DNA of 64,000 nucleotides from Methylophaga sp. (GTDB lineage Bacteria; Pseudomonadota; Gammaproteobacteria; Nitrosococcales; Methylophagaceae), in assembly GCA_024636315.1 (NCBI GenBank), contig JAGXHJ010000074.1, positions 4,062-68,061 of the forward strand, written 5' to 3'. Shown in pieces: positions 42,388-56,424 of the stretch. A program made the position numbers and the translations under genes. The notes beneath the pieces were generated by a model. It saw only the letters and a program-made list of their open reading frames with translations, ran no database searches and had not been told where the DNA came from. The first letter of the stretch is position 1. Each line of letters begins with the position of its first letter.

Positions 42388-43314
42388 TTATTTCTTATGT
42401 AACGTTAAACTCATGACCCCAACTATCACTAACAAAACGCCGATAGCGATCATGACAGTAAATGGCTCACCTAATAGATAGACGGCTAAACCAATCGTAA
42501 ATATCGGCCCTAACATGCCAACGATACCCGTTTGGGCGGGGCCAATACGATGTATTGCCTCAGTCATCATAAAACTCGGAATCACGGTACTGAAGATAAC
42601 CAGCATACCTAGCCATAACCAGGCAGTGTTCGTTATTGTTAATTGGCCAAAATCTATAATAACCACACCGTGCAGCACGCCAAAAATGCTGGAAGCAATC
42701 ATCGCAATACTGGTAAATAATCGACTTCCTAACTGCTTAATGAAAGAACGGCTCAACAAGACGTAGAAAGCAAAACTCAAAGCCGACGCTAAAACTAAGC
42801 TAACGCCCTCAACGACATTATTGCCTGTTAGTTGCAACTCTTGCCCCATTACGACAAAAAGTCCTGAGTAGGTGATTATTAATGCTAAAACAAGCCGGCG
42901 TGTTAGGCCTTCATTAAATAAAAAATAGCCGATCACTGCAACCATGAAAGGATAGGTAAACAAGCTCAATCTTTCGAGCTGTGCACTGATTAACTCAAGT
43001 CCCATTAAATCCAATAATGAGGCGAGATAATAACCTAAAAATCCCAGCAGAAATATAGATCTTAAGGTAGCAAAATTAAGCGGCGATGGATTTTTTTCAT
43101 ATCGTAATAACCATAACAAAATCATTAGATATATCGGCAATGCCAATGTCATTCGCAAGACTAATACTGCGTTAGCATCTAAGCCTTGTTGATACAAAAA
43201 TTTGATGAAGATCGATTTTAGCGAAAACAGCAAGGTGCCGAATATTGCCCAAAAAAAGCCTATTAATAGATTTTTATTGGCTAAGCCGGTCAAGTTTGTG
43301 GTGTTTATATTCAA
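42388..43314 (-). CDS. EamA/DMT-family transporter
   Basis: 308 aa with about 10 TM segments in two EamA-like halves. The start is TTG at 43314, or a downstream alternative. Confidence 0.8.
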   Translation of the reverse strand: MNINTTNLTGLANKNLLIGFFWAIFGTLLFSLKSIFIKFLYQQGLDANAVLVLRMTLALPIYLMILLWLLRYEKNPSPLNFATLRSIFLLGFLGYYLASLLDLMGLELISAQLERLSLFTYPFMVAVIGYFLFNEGLTRRLVLALIITYSGLFVVMGQELQLTGNNVVEGVSLVLASALSFAFYVLLSRSFIKQLGSRLFTSIAMIASSIFGVLHGVVIIDFGQLTITNTAWLWLGMLVIFSTVIPSFMMTEAIHRIGPAQTGIVGMLGPIFTIGLAVYLLGEPFTVMIAIGVLLVIVGVMSLTLHKK

Positions 43315-43534
43315 GACTGGTATTTACCGCGGATTTGAAATGAGAGATGAGAAAAATATTCACGTTTCACTTTCACAGTGAACTACTGCGGTTTATAAGG
43401 AAGCAATGCATTACTCATATTTGGATTGACACTTATTCAGAGACAATAAACATCATATAAATATAAGACTCTGCCGCAATGTCTTCTCTCCAATCCTTAC
43501 TACAATGGTCAAATATCTCGTGTCAGAGCAATGA

Positions 43535-44605
43535 CTATTTTTGGTGGTATGGTTCACTCAACTTATGCACTGAGTTAATTAATCGCTCCATCTTTTCAGG
43601 TGCAATCGTAGGATGAATACCATGACCTAAATTAAAGACATGACCTGTTTCACCCTTGCCAAAACTAGCCAAAACACTAGCCACTTCTTGTTCCACCCGA
43701 TCAGCTGAGGCATAAAGCACACACGGATCCATATTACCTTGCAAGGTCACTTTATCACCAACACGTTGCCGTGCTAGACCAAGATCGGTTGTCCAATCAA
43801 GACCAATGGCATCAACACCAGTTTGTGCCATCAGTTCTAACCATTGACCACCGCCCTTGGTAAACATGGTAACAGGCACGATACGACCTTCACTTTCGCG
43901 GGTTAATCCAGAGACGATTTTTTGCATATAGGCGAGAGAGAATTCTTGATAATTTTCAGTACTTAACGCGCCACCCCAAGTATCAAACAACATAATGGCT
44001 TGAGCGCCGGCCGCGATCTGAGCATTCAAATACGCAGTAACTGAATCAGCTAATACATTCAGTAAGGCATGCATTTGTGTTGGTGCATCAAACATCATGC
44101 CTTTCACTTTAGCAAAGTCTTTACTCGAACTACCTTCCACCATGTAACATGCTAAAGTCCATGGGCTACCACTAAAACCAATCAGCGGTACTTTACCGTC
44201 AATTTCACGCCTAGCTAGGCGAATCGCATCCATCACATAACCCAGATTATCTTCCATATCTGGGACACCAAGCTTAGCAATATCAGCTGCTGACTTAATG
44301 ACATTGGTGAATTTAGGACCTTCGCCAGCCACAAAATGTAAACCCAGCCCCATGGCATCAGGAATAGTCAGAATATCTGAAAAGATAATTGCCGCATCTA
44401 AATCAAAACGACGCAGCGGTTGCATGGTCACTTCAGCGGCTAGTTCTGGCGTCGTACACAAGGTCATGAAATTGCCCGCTTTAGCTCGCACTTCACGGTA
44501 CTCTGGCAGATAACGACCGGCTTGTCGCATTACCCATACAGGCGTTTTATCTACTGGTTGGCGTTGTAATGCTCGTAAATAGCGATCATTTTTTAATTCT
44601 GACAC
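43535..44605 (-). CDS. hemE: uroporphyrinogen decarboxylase
   Basis: 356 aa with [15 protein letters not shown] and IIFSDIL. Confidence 0.96.
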   Translation of the reverse strand: MSELKNDRYLRALQRQPVDKTPVWVMRQAGRYLPEYREVRAKAGNFMTLCTTPELAAEVTMQPLRRFDLDAAIIFSDILTIPDAMGLGLHFVAGEGPKFTNVIKSAADIAKLGVPDMEDNLGYVMDAIRLARREIDGKVPLIGFSGSPWTLACYMVEGSSSKDFAKVKGMMFDAPTQMHALLNVLADSVTAYLNAQIAAGAQAIMLFDTWGGALSTENYQEFSLAYMQKIVSGLTRESEGRIVPVTMFTKGGGQWLELMAQTGVDAIGLDWTTDLGLARQRVGDKVTLQGNMDPCVLYASADRVEQEVASVLASFGKGETGHVFNLGHGIHPTIAPEKMERLINSVHKLSEPYHQK

Positions 44606-44654
44606 TGTAATCCTTCGACGGTTTTTGTTCTGAATTCTAGACGCGGTGTTTTAC

Positions 44655-46088
<1,434 letters not shown>

Positions 46089-49000
46089 TTATGCTGCTTT
46101 GCTTGGTGAGGACAGCAAAGTTGCTAGTGCTGCTGCTTTCGGTTTAACCAACCAGAATTGTTGCAAGCGTTGCTCGAACATATCTAACAATTGGTTACCC
46201 CAGTCACTGCCTGTTTCACGGACGTGATCTTCAATTAAACCTTTCAAATGCAAGACATGTTCAGATAAGTCAGCGTCATTCATTCGAATCAATTCAACTA
46301 GTTCAGGGTTATAACGTTTATCAAAGGTGTCTTCGATATCAAGTACGTAAGCAAAACCACCGGTCATACCTGCACCGAAGTTCAAGCCAGACTCACCTAA
46401 TACCACAACAACACCACCAGTCATATATTCACAACCGTGGTCACCAATGCCTTCAACTATTGCCGTTGCACCGGAGTTACGAACAGCAAAGCGCTCACCT
46501 GCCACACCTGCTGCATATAACTTACCGCCAGTCGCACCATATAAACAGGTATTGCCGATAATACTTGCTTCTTGCGTTGCAAAATGACTTTCTGGTGATG
46601 GGTAGATAACGAGCTTACCCGCTGCCATACCTTTACCAACATAATCATTGGCATCACCTTCCAAACGCATTTCTAAACCACCCGCATTCCACACGCCGAA
46701 ACTTTGGCCTGCCGAACCTTTAAGTTGCATTCTAATAGGTGTATCACTCATGCCGTAGTTGCCATGATGGCGGGCAATTTCACCCGAAATACGTGCACCA
46801 ATAGAACGGTTAATATTACGAATATCATACTCAAAGAAGCCGCCTGTTTTATTGGCAATGGCCTCTTTCATATCAACGATCATTTGTTCCGCTAATTCAC
46901 CTTTGTCATAAGGCGTATTTTTTGGCGCTACGCAGTATTGTGGTTTATCGGCCGCAACGCCTGCATTTGATAACAATGGCGTAAGATCAAGTTTGCGTTG
47001 TTTATCGGTGATACCCGGCAAAATTTCCAGCAGATCAGTACGACCAATCAACTCTGCCATACTGCTCACACCAAGAATGGCTAACCATTCTTGTGTTTCA
47101 CGGGCAACAAACTGGAAGTAGTTCATCACCATTTGTGGCAAACCAATAAAGTGCTTGCTACGTAAGGCATCATTTTGAGTTGCTACACCCGTTGCACAGT
47201 TATTTAAGTGACAAATTCGCAAGAATTTACAGCCTAAAGCCACCATTGGACCGGTACCAAAACCAAAACTTTCCGCGCCTAATATGGCTGCCTTAATAAC
47301 ATCGAGCCCTGTTTTTAAACCACCATCTGTTTGCAGGCGTACTTTATCCCGTAAATCATTAGCTCGTAGCGTTTGATGTGTTTCTGTCAGGCCTAATTCC
47401 CACGGGCCGCCCGCATATTTAACAGATGATAATGGGCTTGCCGCAGTTCCACCGTCATAGCCTGAAATAGTAATTAAATCAGCATAAGCTTTTGCGACAC
47501 CAGCAGCAATCGTACCGACGCCGGCTTCAGAAACTAATTTCACTGAAATTAGCGCCGCAGGATTCACTTGTTTCAAATCAAAAATTAGCTGTGCTAAATC
47601 TTCGATTGAATAAATATCGTGATGTGGCGGCGGTGAAATCAAGGTAACACCAGGAACCGAATGACGCAAAGTCGCAATCATTTGATTAACCTTGCCACCA
47701 GGTAATTGACCACCTTCGCCTGGTTTAGCACCTTGAGCGACTTTGATTTGTAAAACTTCAGCATTAACTAAATAGTTTGGCGTTACCCCAAAACGACCCG
47801 AAGCAACTTGCTTGATTTTCGATACTCGTTCCGTACCGTAACGAGCAGGATCTTCACCACCCTCACCAGAATTAGAACGGCCACCCAAACGATTCATCGC
47901 CGTTGCCATTGCTTCATGCGCTTCTGGTGACAAGGCACCTAAAGACATACCCGCACTATCAAAACGTGACAAGATTTTAGCTATCGGTTCAACTTGCTCT
48001 AATGCCAGTGGTACATCAGCGACTTTAAGTCCCAATAAATCACGCAATACCATCGCAGGACGATCATTAACTAAAGCTGCATAGGTTTTATAATCATCAT
48101 AATTACCACCTTGTACCGCTTTTTGTAGCGAACCAATAATATCTGGGTTGTAAGCATGATATTCGCCGCCGTGAACAAACTTCAATAATCCGCCTTGTTC
48201 ACGTTTTTTGCGATTATTCCAAGCACGATCTGCGAGTGCTTGTTGGTCAGCCTGAAGTTCTTCAAAGCCTGTACCACTGATGCGGCTAGTGGTAGCAGTA
48301 AAACATTTATCTACTACGGTTTCATTTAAACCGATAATTTCATATAACTGGGCACCACGGTAGCTGGCAATGGTTGAAATACCCATTTTCGAAATAATCT
48401 TGAATAAGCCTTTATCGATACCTTTGCGGTAACGTTTACACACTTCAGGCCGTGATAATTTTTCAATTTCTTTTGTGCCAATCAAATCATTTAATGTTGC
48501 GTAAGCTAAATAAGGATAAATAGCGGTTGCACCGTTACCAATCAATACTGCAAAGTGATGTGAATCACGCGCAGTGGCCGTTTCAATAACAATATTGGCA
48601 TTGCAACGTAAACCCGCTTTAATTAAATGCTGATGCACCGCACCGGTCGCTAATAAAGCATGAATCGGTAATTGTTCTTTTGTTACGCCGCGATCACTCA
48701 ATACTACAATAACCACACCATCACGCACTGCTTGCTCAGCTTGTGCTACAACGGCATCAATTGCCGCTTCCAAACCTACTGATGCTGAATAAGCCAATGA
48801 GATTGTCACCGCTTTGTATTCGCTATCACTTTCACCTAATGTTACTAACTGCTGGAAGCGACTTTCAGACAATACTGGCGAATTAACCACGACGCGTTGG
48901 GCGTGATCGGCCGCTTCTTCAAACAAATTACGTTCTTGGCCAAAACAGGTTTCCAATGACATCACAATATTTTCGCGTAGCGGATCAATCGGTGGATTAG

Positions 49001-50558
49001 TCACCTGAGCAAACTGTTGGCGGAAATAATCAAACAACGAACGTTCACGTTGCGACATAACCGCAAATGGAGTGTCATCACCCATCGAGCCCATCGCTTC
49101 TTGTCCAGACTCACCTAAAACACGAATAACTTGGTCACGTTCTTCATAGCTTACTTGGAACAATTTTTCGTACGCAGTTAGGTCGTCGCCTTCAAGTGTT
49201 GGCAAGGTTTCATCATCGGCCTTATCTTCTAGACGTTGCAGATGTGTTTCGATCCATTCACGGTAAGGTTGCGCTTTTTTCAGCGCATTATTAATGTCTT
49301 CAGGTAATAAAAACTCACCTGTAGAGGTATCTACCGCTAACATTTGACCGGGTTTCAAACGACCTTTAGCGACAACATCTTCAGGCTTGTATTTATAAAC
49401 GCCAACTTCAGAAGCAATCGTAATATGACGATCTTTAGTGATGATATAACGTGCTGGACGCAGACCATTACGATCTAAGGTACAAGCCGCATAGCGACCA
49501 TTAGTTAATACTACGCCAGCGGGACCATCCCAAGGCTCCATGTGCATTGAATTGTAGTCATAAAAGGCTTTTAGGTCTTTATCCATGGTGTTGTCATTCT
49601 GCCACGCCGCAGGCACCAGCAAACGCATCGCGCGGAAAATGTTGACGCCACCGGCCATTAAGGCTTCCAGCATATTATCCATGCTCGATGAATCTGATCC
49701 TGTCGTGCCAACAAGTGGACGAATATCATCCATATTGTCGATCAATGACGTAGCAAATTTTGTACCACGTGCCAAAGCCCAGTTACGGTTACCTTGCACG
49801 GTGTTAATTTCACCATTGTGAGCCAAATAACGGAAAGGTTGTGCCAATTTCCATTGCGGCCACGTATTGGTAGAAAAACGCTGATGGAACACACATATAG
49901 CGGTCTCCATACGTTTATCTTCTAAATCTTTATAAAAAATAGGTAGATACGAAGGCATAACCAAACCTTTGTACGACACAACTTGTGATGACAAGGTCGG
50001 GATATAAAAGGCATCATCATCCATCACTGCTTTTTCAGCCAAACGACGTGCAATATATAAGTGACGCTCAAATGCCGCCACAGCCATATCCGCACCCGCA
50101 TTGACGAAGACATGACGCATTATCGGCAATAATGCCAAGGCGGTCTCGCCACATGCCGCTTCGGCATCGACGGGCACATCTCGCCAGCCCAAGACTTCAA
50201 GGCCTTGCGCCGTCAGTTGTTGCGTGACAATTGTCTGATTAGTTTCAGCTTTTGCGGCATCTTGCGATAAAAACACCATACCTACGGCGTAATTATCCGC
50301 TAGTTTAAAACCAAGCTCAGCGGCAATCGCACGGAAAAAGCCATCAGGCTTTTTCATCAAAAGACCACAGCCGTCACCCGTCTTACCATCGGCACCAATT
50401 GCACCACGATGCGTTAGGTTACCTAATGCTTCAATCGCAGTTTCAACTAACCAATGACTAGGCTTGCCATCCATCTGAGCGATCAGACCGAAGCCGCAGT
50501 TATCTTTTTCAAATTCTGGCCGATAAAGGCCTTGTGTTAATTCTGTTGGCTGACTCAC
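46089..50558 (-). CDS. gltB: glutamate synthase (NADPH) large subunit
   Basis: 1489 aa with a GTG start. It has the N-terminal amidotransferase Cys in EKDNCGFGL, plus FMN and 3Fe-4S regions. Confidence 0.97.
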   Translation of the reverse strand: MSQPTELTQGLYRPEFEKDNCGFGLIAQMDGKPSHWLVETAIEALGNLTHRGAIGADGKTGDGCGLLMKKPDGFFRAIAAELGFKLADNYAVGMVFLSQDAAKAETNQTIVTQQLTAQGLEVLGWRDVPVDAEAACGETALALLPIMRHVFVNAGADMAVAAFERHLYIARRLAEKAVMDDDAFYIPTLSSQVVSYKGLVMPSYLPIFYKDLEDKRMETAICVFHQRFSTNTWPQWKLAQPFRYLAHNGEINTVQGNRNWALARGTKFATSLIDNMDDIRPLVGTTGSDSSSMDNMLEALMAGGVNIFRAMRLLVPAAWQNDNTMDKDLKAFYDYNSMHMEPWDGPAGVVLTNGRYAACTLDRNGLRPARYIITKDRHITIASEVGVYKYKPEDVVAKGRLKPGQMLAVDTSTGEFLLPEDINNALKKAQPYREWIETHLQRLEDKADDETLPTLEGDDLTAYEKLFQVSYEERDQVIRVLGESGQEAMGSMGDDTPFAVMSQRERSLFDYFRQQFAQVTNPPIDPLRENIVMSLETCFGQERNLFEEAADHAQRVVVNSPVLSESRFQQLVTLGESDSEYKAVTISLAYSASVGLEAAIDAVVAQAEQAVRDGVVIVVLSDRGVTKEQLPIHALLATGAVHQHLIKAGLRCNANIVIETATARDSHHFAVLIGNGATAIYPYLAYATLNDLIGTKEIEKLSRPEVCKRYRKGIDKGLFKIISKMGISTIASYRGAQLYEIIGLNETVVDKCFTATTSRISGTGFEELQADQQALADRAWNNRKKREQGGLLKFVHGGEYHAYNPDIIGSLQKAVQGGNYDDYKTYAALVNDRPAMVLRDLLGLKVADVPLALEQVEPIAKILSRFDSAGMSLGALSPEAHEAMATAMNRLGGRSNSGEGGEDPARYGTERVSKIKQVASGRFGVTPNYLVNAEVLQIKVAQGAKPGEGGQLPGGKVNQMIATLRHSVPGVTLISPPPHHDIYSIEDLAQLIFDLKQVNPAALISVKLVSEAGVGTIAAGVAKAYADLITISGYDGGTAASPLSSVKYAGGPWELGLTETHQTLRANDLRDKVRLQTDGGLKTGLDVIKAAILGAESFGFGTGPMVALGCKFLRICHLNNCATGVATQNDALRSKHFIGLPQMVMNYFQFVARETQEWLAILGVSSMAELIGRTDLLEILPGITDKQRKLDLTPLLSNAGVAADKPQYCVAPKNTPYDKGELAEQMIVDMKEAIANKTGGFFEYDIRNINRSIGARISGEIARHHGNYGMSDTPIRMQLKGSAGQSFGVWNAGGLEMRLEGDANDYVGKGMAAGKLVIYPSPESHFATQEASIIGNTCLYGATGGKLYAAGVAGERFAVRNSGATAIVEGIGDHGCEYMTGGVVVVLGESGLNFGAGMTGGFAYVLDIEDTFDKRYNPELVELIRMNDADLSEHVLHLKGLIEDHVRETGSDWGNQLLDMFEQRLQQFWLVKPKAAALATLLSSPSKAA

Positions 50559-50794
50559 GTCCGTACCTTCAAATTACAGTTAGCGCCTGTCTCCTCGTCA
50601 CCCAAAATATAGATGAGGAGCACTGCCTTTAGAAATAAAAGACGGCAAATTGGATACCCTATTATAGCTATTGATCTAACACCATTCAATGACTAGACCA
50701 TTTTTTACATGCTAGATATCCCCTACAAACTTCCCTAATTTCAATAAAATAGCTAAAATGTGATGTTGGTTCAAAGAAATATAATGGAAAAATC

Positions 50795-51286
50795 ATGGAT
50801 AAACCGGTAATTGGCGTTGTCATGGGAAGTAATAGTGACTGGCCTGTAATGCAAAAAGCAGTTGAGCAACTCGAAGCCTTTGGCATTTCTTATGAAGCCA
50901 AAGTTGTTTCCGCGCATCGCACTCCTGATATACTCACGGAATATGCTGTCACAGCTAAAGATAGAGGCATATCCTGCATTATTGCTGGCGCGGGTGGCGC
51001 AGCCCATTTACCGGGTATGTTAGCGGCTAATACCATACTACCTGTGTTAGGCGTACCTGTACCATCACGCTATCTAAAAGGACAAGATTCCTTATTATCG
51101 ATCGTGCAAATGCCAAAAGGCATTCCTGTTGCTACCTTTGCTATCGGTGAAGCAGGTGCTGCAAACGCCGCATTATTTGCTATTGCACAATTAGCGACAA
51201 CTGATAGCGATCTCGCTATTAAACTCGAACAATTCCGCAAAGATCAGCATAAAGCGGTTTTAAATATGACGCTTCCTCCGCAATAA
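50795..51286 (+). CDS. purE: 5-(carboxyamino)imidazole ribonucleotide mutase
   Basis: 163 aa with [19 protein letters not shown] and [11 protein letters not shown]. Confidence 0.96.
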   Translation: MDKPVIGVVMGSNSDWPVMQKAVEQLEAFGISYEAKVVSAHRTPDILTEYAVTAKDRGISCIIAGAGGAAHLPGMLAANTILPVLGVPVPSRYLKGQDSLLSIVQMPKGIPVATFAIGEAGAANAALFAIAQLATTDSDLAIKLEQFRKDQHKAVLNMTLPPQ

Positions 51287-51315
51287 CGCTCTACTTAAAC
51301 TAAAGACTCACCACT

Positions 51316-52446
51316 ATGATATTACCTGGCGCAACTCTCGGCATGCTCGGCGGCGGCCAATTAGGCCGTATGTTTACCACTGCAGCACAAACTATGGGCT
51401 ATAACGTCATCGTATTAGATCCTGATGCCACTAGTCCTGCAGGCATTATTGCTGACCAGCATATCTGTGCAAAATACACCGATGAAGCGGCACTGCAACA
51501 ATTGGCTGAACTATGTGATGCAGTCACCACTGAATTTGAAAATATTCCAGCGGCAACATTGTCTTTTCTAGAAGCTAAAACCGTGGTTCACCCATCATCA
51601 CAAGCACTTGCAACGACTCAAAATAGAATCGTAGAAAAACAATTTATTGCCTCACTTGGTATTCCAGTTGCACCCTTTGCCGCCATTCGGTCACTAAATG
51701 ACATTGATGCGATTGCAGACAGTTTTCAACTACCCGCTATCTTAAAAGTGGCTAACTTTGGTTACGATGGCAAAGGCCAAGTGGTCTGCGAAACAATTGA
51801 CGCTGTCCGCCAAGCCTTTCAAGCATTAGGTGAAGTTGAATGTGTACTGGAACAACGCATTAACCTCGAACGTGAAGTATCTACTGTGTTAGCGCGAGGC
51901 CAATCCGGTGATATTACAAACTTTCCCGTTGCTGAAAACGTCCATATCAAGGGCATTTTGCACGCGACGACGGTTCCAAGTAGTGTGCCCGTACAATACG
52001 CACAAACAGCCATTCAAATGGCAGATAAAATCGCTGAAGGTCTAGGTTATGTTGGCATAATGGCTGTAGAGTTTTTCATTTCTCAAGAAGGCGATGTCAT
52101 CGCAAATGAAATAGCACCTCGACCACATAACTCAGGTCATTTCACCCTTGATGCCTGTGAAACATCACAATTTGAACAACAAGTACGCATGTTATGCGGC
52201 TTACCGTCTGGCAACTGTGAACTTAAATCACCCGTAGTGATGATCAATATTCTCGGCGATGTCTGGGGAAGTAGCGTACCGCATTGGGATACATTGCTGT
52301 CGCAACCCAATAACAAACTACATTTATATGGTAAAAAAGAAGCGCGCCCAGGTCGAAAAATGGGTCATTTCAATGTGCTCGCCACTAGCATTGAGCAAGC
52401 AGCAACCATTGCAGCCCAATCTTTTGAAAACTTGAAAGCGGATTAA
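51316..52446 (+). CDS. purK: 5-(carboxyamino)imidazole ribonucleotide synthase
   Basis: 376 aa with LGMLGGGQLGRM, an ATP-grasp domain and APRPHNSGH. Confidence 0.95.
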   Translation: MILPGATLGMLGGGQLGRMFTTAAQTMGYNVIVLDPDATSPAGIIADQHICAKYTDEAALQQLAELCDAVTTEFENIPAATLSFLEAKTVVHPSSQALATTQNRIVEKQFIASLGIPVAPFAAIRSLNDIDAIADSFQLPAILKVANFGYDGKGQVVCETIDAVRQAFQALGEVECVLEQRINLEREVSTVLARGQSGDITNFPVAENVHIKGILHATTVPSSVPVQYAQTAIQMADKIAEGLGYVGIMAVEFFISQEGDVIANEIAPRPHNSGHFTLDACETSQFEQQVRMLCGLPSGNCELKSPVVMINILGDVWGSSVPHWDTLLSQPNNKLHLYGKKEARPGRKMGHFNVLATSIEQAATIAAQSFENLKAD

Positions 52447-52513
52447 ATTAAAAAATCACTTTGACAGAGATCAGCCAGATTTAATAACTTAGGCAATGAA
52501 TAAGGATAGATCA

Positions 52514-52693
52514 ATGGAAGATAACAACCCAACTCAAGTACATATCACCGATATAAAAATGCCTTTTTGGTCTATGGTCATTTTTATGGTGAAAGCATCT
52601 ATCGCTTCGATCCCTGCTTTTATCATTCTATCGATTATCGGCACGATCGTTTTTAGTGTGATTGGCGGTTTTATTGGTGTTGGGCGGTTTTAA
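52514..52693 (+). CDS. possible small membrane protein (59 aa, two hydrophobic segments)
   Basis: The ORF is 52496..52693. The start at MEDNN (52514) has aagga about 8 nt upstream. There is no homology evidence. Confidence 0.4.
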   Translation: MEDNNPTQVHITDIKMPFWSMVIFMVKASIASIPAFIILSIIGTIVFSVIGGFIGVGRF

Positions 52694-52767
52694 TTTTTCA
52701 GAATGCTCGGTTCAAACAAACATGTCAGCCTGTAGTAAGATTTTATGTTGTGAAAGTAATGCCTTAA

Positions 52768-53859
52768 TTAAACATTAAAACGGAAATGCATTACATCGCC
52801 ATCTTTGATAATGTAATCTTTACCCTCTAAACGCCATTTACCGGCATCTTTTGCGCCCTGCTCACCTTTGTTTTGAATGTAGTCTTCATAGCCAATAACT
52901 TCAGCTCGAATAAAGCCTTTTTCAAAGTCGGTATGAATAACGCCGGCACCTTGTGGCGCAGTGGCACCAACACGTACCGTCCAAGCGCGCACCTCTTTAA
53001 CGCCAGCCGTGAAATAGGTTTGTAAGCCCAATAAAGAATAACCGCTACGAATCACTCGGTTTAAACCAGGCTCGTCTTGACCAAGTTCAGCTAGAAACTC
53101 ATTTTTTTCTTCATCATCCAGCTCGGCGATTTCAGATTCGATGGCGGCACAAATACTTACGATAGGTGCGCCTTCTTTTTCAGCGTATGCGGTTAAAGCG
53201 TCCAACAAAGGATTGTTTTCAAAGCCATCTTCCGCTACATTCGCAATATACATCGTGGGTTTGATAGTGATCAGATGAACCTCGTTCAACAATGTCATTT
53301 GATCGGCATCTAAGGTCATCGTTCTGACCAACTGACCTTGATTAAGTACTTCACGAATTTCAGTTAATAGTTCAAGCCGCGCTTTCGCTGTTTTATCACC
53401 ACCTTTTGCATCTCGAGTCGTCTTTGTAATCGCTTTTTCGACGCTTTCTAAATCAGCGAGGCACAATTCGGTATTAATGACTTCAACATCATCAAGTGGT
53501 GAAACCTTATTCGCCACGTGAATAACATTGTCATCTTCAAAACAACGTACAACATGGGCAATGGCATCTGTTTCACGGATATTAGCAAGGAACTTATTGC
53601 CTAGGCCTTCACCTTTTGATGCGCCAGCAACTAAACCTGCGATATCTACAAACTCCATGGTCGTTGGCAATATCCGTTCAGGTTTAACAAAAACGGCTAA
53701 TGCATCCATCCGCGGATCAGGTACAGGCACAATGCCAACATTAGGTTCAATCGTACAAAACGGATAGTTTTGTGCATCAATACCAGCTTCTGTCAGCGCA
53801 TTAAATAAGGTTGATTTACCAACATTAGGCAGGCCTACTATGCCGCATTTAAATCCCAT
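52768..53859 (-). CDS. ychF: redox-regulated ATPase YchF
   Basis: 363 aa with [23 protein letters not shown] and a C-terminal TGS-like ...[11 protein letters not shown]. Confidence 0.97.
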   Translation of the reverse strand: MGFKCGIVGLPNVGKSTLFNALTEAGIDAQNYPFCTIEPNVGIVPVPDPRMDALAVFVKPERILPTTMEFVDIAGLVAGASKGEGLGNKFLANIRETDAIAHVVRCFEDDNVIHVANKVSPLDDVEVINTELCLADLESVEKAITKTTRDAKGGDKTAKARLELLTEIREVLNQGQLVRTMTLDADQMTLLNEVHLITIKPTMYIANVAEDGFENNPLLDALTAYAEKEGAPIVSICAAIESEIAELDDEEKNEFLAELGQDEPGLNRVIRSGYSLLGLQTYFTAGVKEVRAWTVRVGATAPQGAGVIHTDFEKGFIRAEVIGYEDYIQNKGEQGAKDAGKWRLEGKDYIIKDGDVMHFRFNV

Positions 53860-53867
53860 GATATTTC

Positions 53868-54440
53868 CTATTGTGAATGTAGCCAGTTCATGGCTTTGTC
53901 TAAATTGCCGGATACTATATCTGGCAGAACCCTTAGCGAATTATCTATTGCCGTGAGAATAAGTTGGCGATCTGGCTGCGACGGTTTACTCAATACATAA
54001 TCGGCCACGTGACGACTGTCTCCGGGATGATCAATACCTAAGCGACAGCGCAAAAAATCCTTACTTCCTGTTCGGGCAATAATGTCACGTAAGCCATTAT
54101 GACCGCCATGGCCGCCGCCGCGTTTTAAACGGGCAATACCAGTAGGCAAATCAAGCTCGTCATGAATGATGAGTGTATTAGTTAAGGGAATTTTGTAAAA
54201 ATTGGCTAATGCTGCTACTGATTGACCACTGCGATTCATAAATACCAGTGGTTTGAGCAGAAATAGTTTATGTTCAGAAAATTGGCACTGAGCCAACTGG
54301 CCATTAAATTTACTGTCAACGGAAAACGTTGTCGATAAATCATGCGCCAGCTGGTCCAGCCACCAAAACCCAACATTATGTCGGGTGTGTTCATATTGAG
54401 GACCGGGATTGCCCAATCCAGCGATTAACCAGTTTGCCAC
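53868..54440 (-). CDS. pth: peptidyl-tRNA hydrolase
   Basis: 190 aa with [21 protein letters not shown] and [12 protein letters not shown]. Confidence 0.96.
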   Translation of the reverse strand: MANWLIAGLGNPGPQYEHTRHNVGFWWLDQLAHDLSTTFSVDSKFNGQLAQCQFSEHKLFLLKPLVFMNRSGQSVAALANFYKIPLTNTLIIHDELDLPTGIARLKRGGGHGGHNGLRDIIARTGSKDFLRCRLGIDHPGDSRHVADYVLSKPSQPDRQLILTAIDNSLRVLPDIVSGNLDKAMNWLHSQ

Positions 54441-54473
54441 TCACCGCCCCTCAATTATTACTACTGAAAAGAA

Positions 54474-55148
54474 TTACTCAGCGTCAGCAGCTTCAACCGC
54501 ATCTTCATCATCTTCATCTTCAACATCTGCAGCAGGACCACGAGGTGCATGAATGCTCACAACAGCTTGATCATAAGAAGAACGTTCGCCTTCTTCTAAT
54601 TCTTCATCTTGGTTATGAGATAAAGCAATTAATGTGACGCCAGCTGGTAATACAAGTTCAGACAAGTGAATTGTTTCATCCATATCTAGTTTAGATACAT
54701 CAACGTCGATAGATTCAGGTAAATCTTTTGGCAAACAAGAGACTTCAACTTCTGACATTAAGTGAGCAATTAAACCGCCCGATTTAACACCAGGAGCAAC
54801 ATCTTCACCATTGAAATGCAATGGTATATTCATTGTTAATGCGTGGTTTGCACTAACGCGCAAGAAATCCGCATGCATAATTTTCACATCGCTTGCAGGA
54901 TGACGCTGTAAGTCTTTCAAAACAACTTGTTGTTTTTTACCATCAACATTTAGTGTCAAAATGTGAGAATAGAATGCATCTTCAGCAAGGTGACGTAAAA
55001 ACTTGTTGTGCTCTACGGTAATCGAAATCGGTGCTTCATCAGATCCGTATACAATCGCTGGAACATTACCCGCATGACGTAGACGGCGGCTCGCACCCTT
55101 CCCTAGGTCAGAACGTAGTTCAGCTTGAACTTCAAATAAATTTTTCAT
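54474..55148 (-). CDS. rplY: 50S ribosomal protein L25 / general stress protein Ctc (long form)
   Basis: The start is MKNLFEVQAELR, with the ATG at 55148 preceded by GGAGA. It has the motif GASRRLR..G.VPAIVYG and an acidic C-terminal tail. Confidence 0.92.
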   Translation of the reverse strand: MKNLFEVQAELRSDLGKGASRRLRHAGNVPAIVYGSDEAPISITVEHNKFLRHLAEDAFYSHILTLNVDGKKQQVVLKDLQRHPASDVKIMHADFLRVSANHALTMNIPLHFNGEDVAPGVKSGGLIAHLMSEVEVSCLPKDLPESIDVDVSKLDMDETIHLSELVLPAGVTLIALSHNQDEELEEGERSSYDQAVVSIHAPRGPAADVEDEDDEDAVEAADAE

Positions 55149-55185
55149 TTTTTTCTCCAAAATCATGAACAAACACTGTTGTCCA

Positions 55186-55210
55186 TTAAAAATGCCGCCT
55201 TACGGCGGCG
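55186..55210 (-). terminator. rho-independent terminator downstream of prs
   Basis: The minus strand reads GCCGCCgtaaGGCGGC followed by attttta. Confidence 0.55.
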
Positions 55211-55293
55211 CTTTGCCTCCCCGCGACCAGGGTCAGCATATAAAGAACATAAACTGTTCTTTGCAACACGCTAAACAATTATCTTTAGCGTGG

Positions 55294-56229
55294 TTAATCC
55301 ATATACAAGGAACTAACAGATTCCTCGTTACTTATTCTATACATCGCTTCAGCTAGCATTTCAGCAATACTTAACTGGCGAATAGTCTTACAATTTAGGG
55401 CATTTTCTTGCAGTGGGATGGTATCTGTAACAATCAGTTCATCTAATACCGACGCTTCAAGATTATCAATCGCAGCTCCAGATAAAACGGCGTGAGTACA
55501 ATAAGCGACTACATGTGTCGCACCCTGCTTTTTCAATGCTTCAGCCGCGGCACATAACGTACCTGCAGTATCGACCATGTCATCAATCAAAATACATGCT
55601 CGACCTTCAACTTCACCGATAATATTCATTACTTTGGCAACGTTAGCTTTCGGACGACGTTTATCGATAATGGCCAGTTCAACACCTAAATGTTTTGCGA
55701 GTGCTCTTGCACGCACTACGCCACCGACATCTGGTGAAACAACCACTAAATCATTATATTTATGCTTCCAAATATCGCCCAGCAATACTGGTGACGCATA
55801 CACATTATCTACCGGACAGTCGAAGAAGCCTTGGATTTGATCGGCATGCAAATCAACTGTTAATACGCGATCTGCACCAACGCCTGTCAACATATTTGCC
55901 ACTACTTTAGCACTAATAGCAACACGAGCAGAACGCGGTCTGCGATCTTGTCGTGAATAGCCGAAATAAGGGATAACCAGAGTAATGCGTTTTGCGGATG
56001 AACGACGGATAGCATCAGTCATTACCATCAGCTCCATCAAATTATCATTAGTAGGCCGAGACGTTGGTTGCACAATGAACACGTCTTTACCACGAACATG
56101 ATCAAGAATTTCGACCATGATCTCACCATCACTAAACTTTTCGACCGTGGCTTTACCAAGCGGTACATTAAGAAATTGAGCGATATTTTGTGCGAGGACT
56201 GGATGGGCGTTGCCGCTAAAAACCATCAT
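55294..56229 (-). CDS. prs: ribose-phosphate pyrophosphokinase
   Basis: It has [14 protein letters not shown]..., the PRPP-binding loop [15 protein letters not shown], and DDMVDTAGT. The ORF-track start at 56280 is probably an N-terminal over-extension. Confidence 0.95.
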   Translation of the reverse strand: MMVFSGNAHPVLAQNIAQFLNVPLGKATVEKFSDGEIMVEILDHVRGKDVFIVQPTSRPTNDNLMELMVMTDAIRRSSAKRITLVIPYFGYSRQDRRPRSARVAISAKVVANMLTGVGADRVLTVDLHADQIQGFFDCPVDNVYASPVLLGDIWKHKYNDLVVVSPDVGGVVRARALAKHLGVELAIIDKRRPKANVAKVMNIIGEVEGRACILIDDMVDTAGTLCAAAEALKKQGATHVVAYCTHAVLSGAAIDNLEASVLDELIVTDTIPLQENALNCKTIRQLSIAEMLAEAMYRISNEESVSSLYMD

Positions 56230-56314
56230 GCTGTTATCAGCGGTGCGTTCTTGTAACTTGAGGAGTCTATTTTTTGTCACAGTTTATAATGCCGAATGTT
56301 CTGTCAAAAGAGAA

Positions 56315-56389
56315 TGGCTGGGGTACCAGGATTCGAACCTGGGAATGCAAGGATCAAAACCTTGTGCCTTACCGCTTGGCGATACCCCA
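56315..56389 (-). tRNA. tRNA-Gln (anticodon UUG)
   Basis: The reverse complement reads TGGGGTATCGCCAAGCGGTAAGGCACAAGGTTTTGATCCTTGCATTCCCAGGTTCGAATCCTGGTACCCCAGCCA. It folds as a cloverleaf with the anticodon loop tTTTGAt and an encoded CCA. It closely resembles E. coli tRNA-Gln. Confidence 0.93.
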
Positions 56390-56424
56390 ACTGTAAAAAA
56401 ATCATTCTAACATTTGCAGCCACA

